Shown one piece after another: positions 62,890-64,000 of a stretch of 64,000 bases of DNA. Under the pieces are notes generated by a model, which had not been told where the DNA came from, did no database searches, and saw only the letters and a list, made by a program, of their open reading frames with translations. Within the stretch, counting starts at the first letter, position 1, and each line of letters begins with the position of its first letter. The stretch covers positions 25,358,001-25,422,000 of the forward strand of contig NW_027266297.1 of assembly GCF_022045235.1 (NCBI RefSeq). Reading direction: 5' to 3'. Made by a program: the position numbers and the translations under genes. This DNA is from Haliotis cracherodii. Taxonomy: Eukaryota.

Positions 62890-63897
62890 GTAAGTGGTGC
62901 AGGCGATCGAGTAGAGCCAGTTTCTGCGCGCCCATCGCTTTGCGCAAGTAGGGAAGCAATGTATCTGAAGTAATAGCAACGTTAAGGAATCCAACGTTGT
63001 GGACCACAGAATCCGTCCACTGCTGATACATACACACGTTTGGTCGTTTTAGAGTACATGTTGAGGAAATAACGTTTGCAACAGGAAATCCGAAATGGCC
63101 GCCACTTTTCCAACACTGACGCCAATAACATCCGGGCGATATCGTTCTCAGTCCGGATTAACGAAACTATGTAGGAAAACGTTCCCTATTCCAGTCCGAA
63201 ATAACGGAATTTCTCTGTATGGTATCAAAGTTATGTTGGTGAATCTGGTCCTCAGAAAAGTATTTCAACTAACGACCCTTAAAAAGGCAATGTAACGTTT
63301 GACTTTAGAACCTGTATTAGTATAGTCAGGTCATACCTTTTTTGGATAACAGGAACTGTTAATAAAAAAACACTTTAAGACATGTTTTATCATCGGATTA
63401 ATATAATTCTATATCTTCGTTTGATGCTTCAGATGTGTATTTTAATGTCTTGTCTTGATGCCTCGATGTGTTCCACAGAAACACAGCGTGGGTGTATGTG
63501 CAAAAACCTTCTATAAATCCACATCGACAGCGATACTGAAATAGAATGTTATGATGTATATCGACATACAGACAATGACATAACTAAGAAAATAAACCAG
63601 CCCCTTAATTTAGCTCATCCTCTGCTGTGAGGTTGTATTATAAGCCGTCTGAAGTTGTTCTCTCAAAGCTGTCTGATCGTGATCAATGAGAGTGAAACAG
63701 CGAAATACATCCTTCTGTAATCGTTTGTAAATATCAAAATATGTCTTCAGTTGGTATTTATAACCGCACTGCTTCTCATTTTGAGTCACGGTGTCTACCA
63801 CTGGCGTTTGATTCTTCCTCCAGCACCATGTGTGAGTGAGTGAATAATGTTTTACAGTCAACAATATCACAGCTAAATCATAGCGCCATGTTTGCAA

Positions 63898-64000
63898 TGC
63901 TATATGACGGCGGTCTGTAAATAATCGAATCTGGACCAGACAGTCAGGTGATTGACATCATGAGTATTCATCCACACAATTGGGATACGATGACGTGCAT
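63898..64000 (-). mobile_element. Family A SINE fragment running off the window (intron 6)
   Basis: GCTATATGACGGCGGTCTGTAAATAATCG... Confidence 0.8.

Overview
Eukaryotic genomic DNA, repeat-rich and AT-rich. The SINE types suggest a mollusc, most likely a gastropod such as abalone (inference from recalled SINE motifs, not a database result). One protein-coding gene is supported: a + strand TINAG/TINAGL1-like (Drosophila Swim-like) secreted cathepsin-B-fold pseudo-protease. Six coding exons lie in the window (25285-25603, 59827-59893, 60504-60614, 61080-61312, 62227-62377, 62727-62889). All have GT-AG junctions with matching phases and give 348 codons; the 3' exons lie beyond the window. Intron 1 is 34.2 kb. 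The rest is dominated by four SINE-like families, labelled A-D here. A has no 5' tRNA head but a structured leader; B has a tRNA head plus a Meta-like core; C is short and tRNA-Asp-like; D has a tRNA-Leu-like head plus a V-like domain. All four end in the same 36-nt stem-loop with compensatory base changes, which points to one shared partner LINE. The window also holds several MITE families (9-bp TSD, CWG TSD, TA TSD, hAT-like), a LINE ORF2 C-terminal relic, minisatellites (one born from the family-A 5' end), microsatellites and a 133-N gap. Almost all ORFs in the supplied track are spurious translations of repeats. No CRISPR array, rRNA or genuine tRNA gene is supported.
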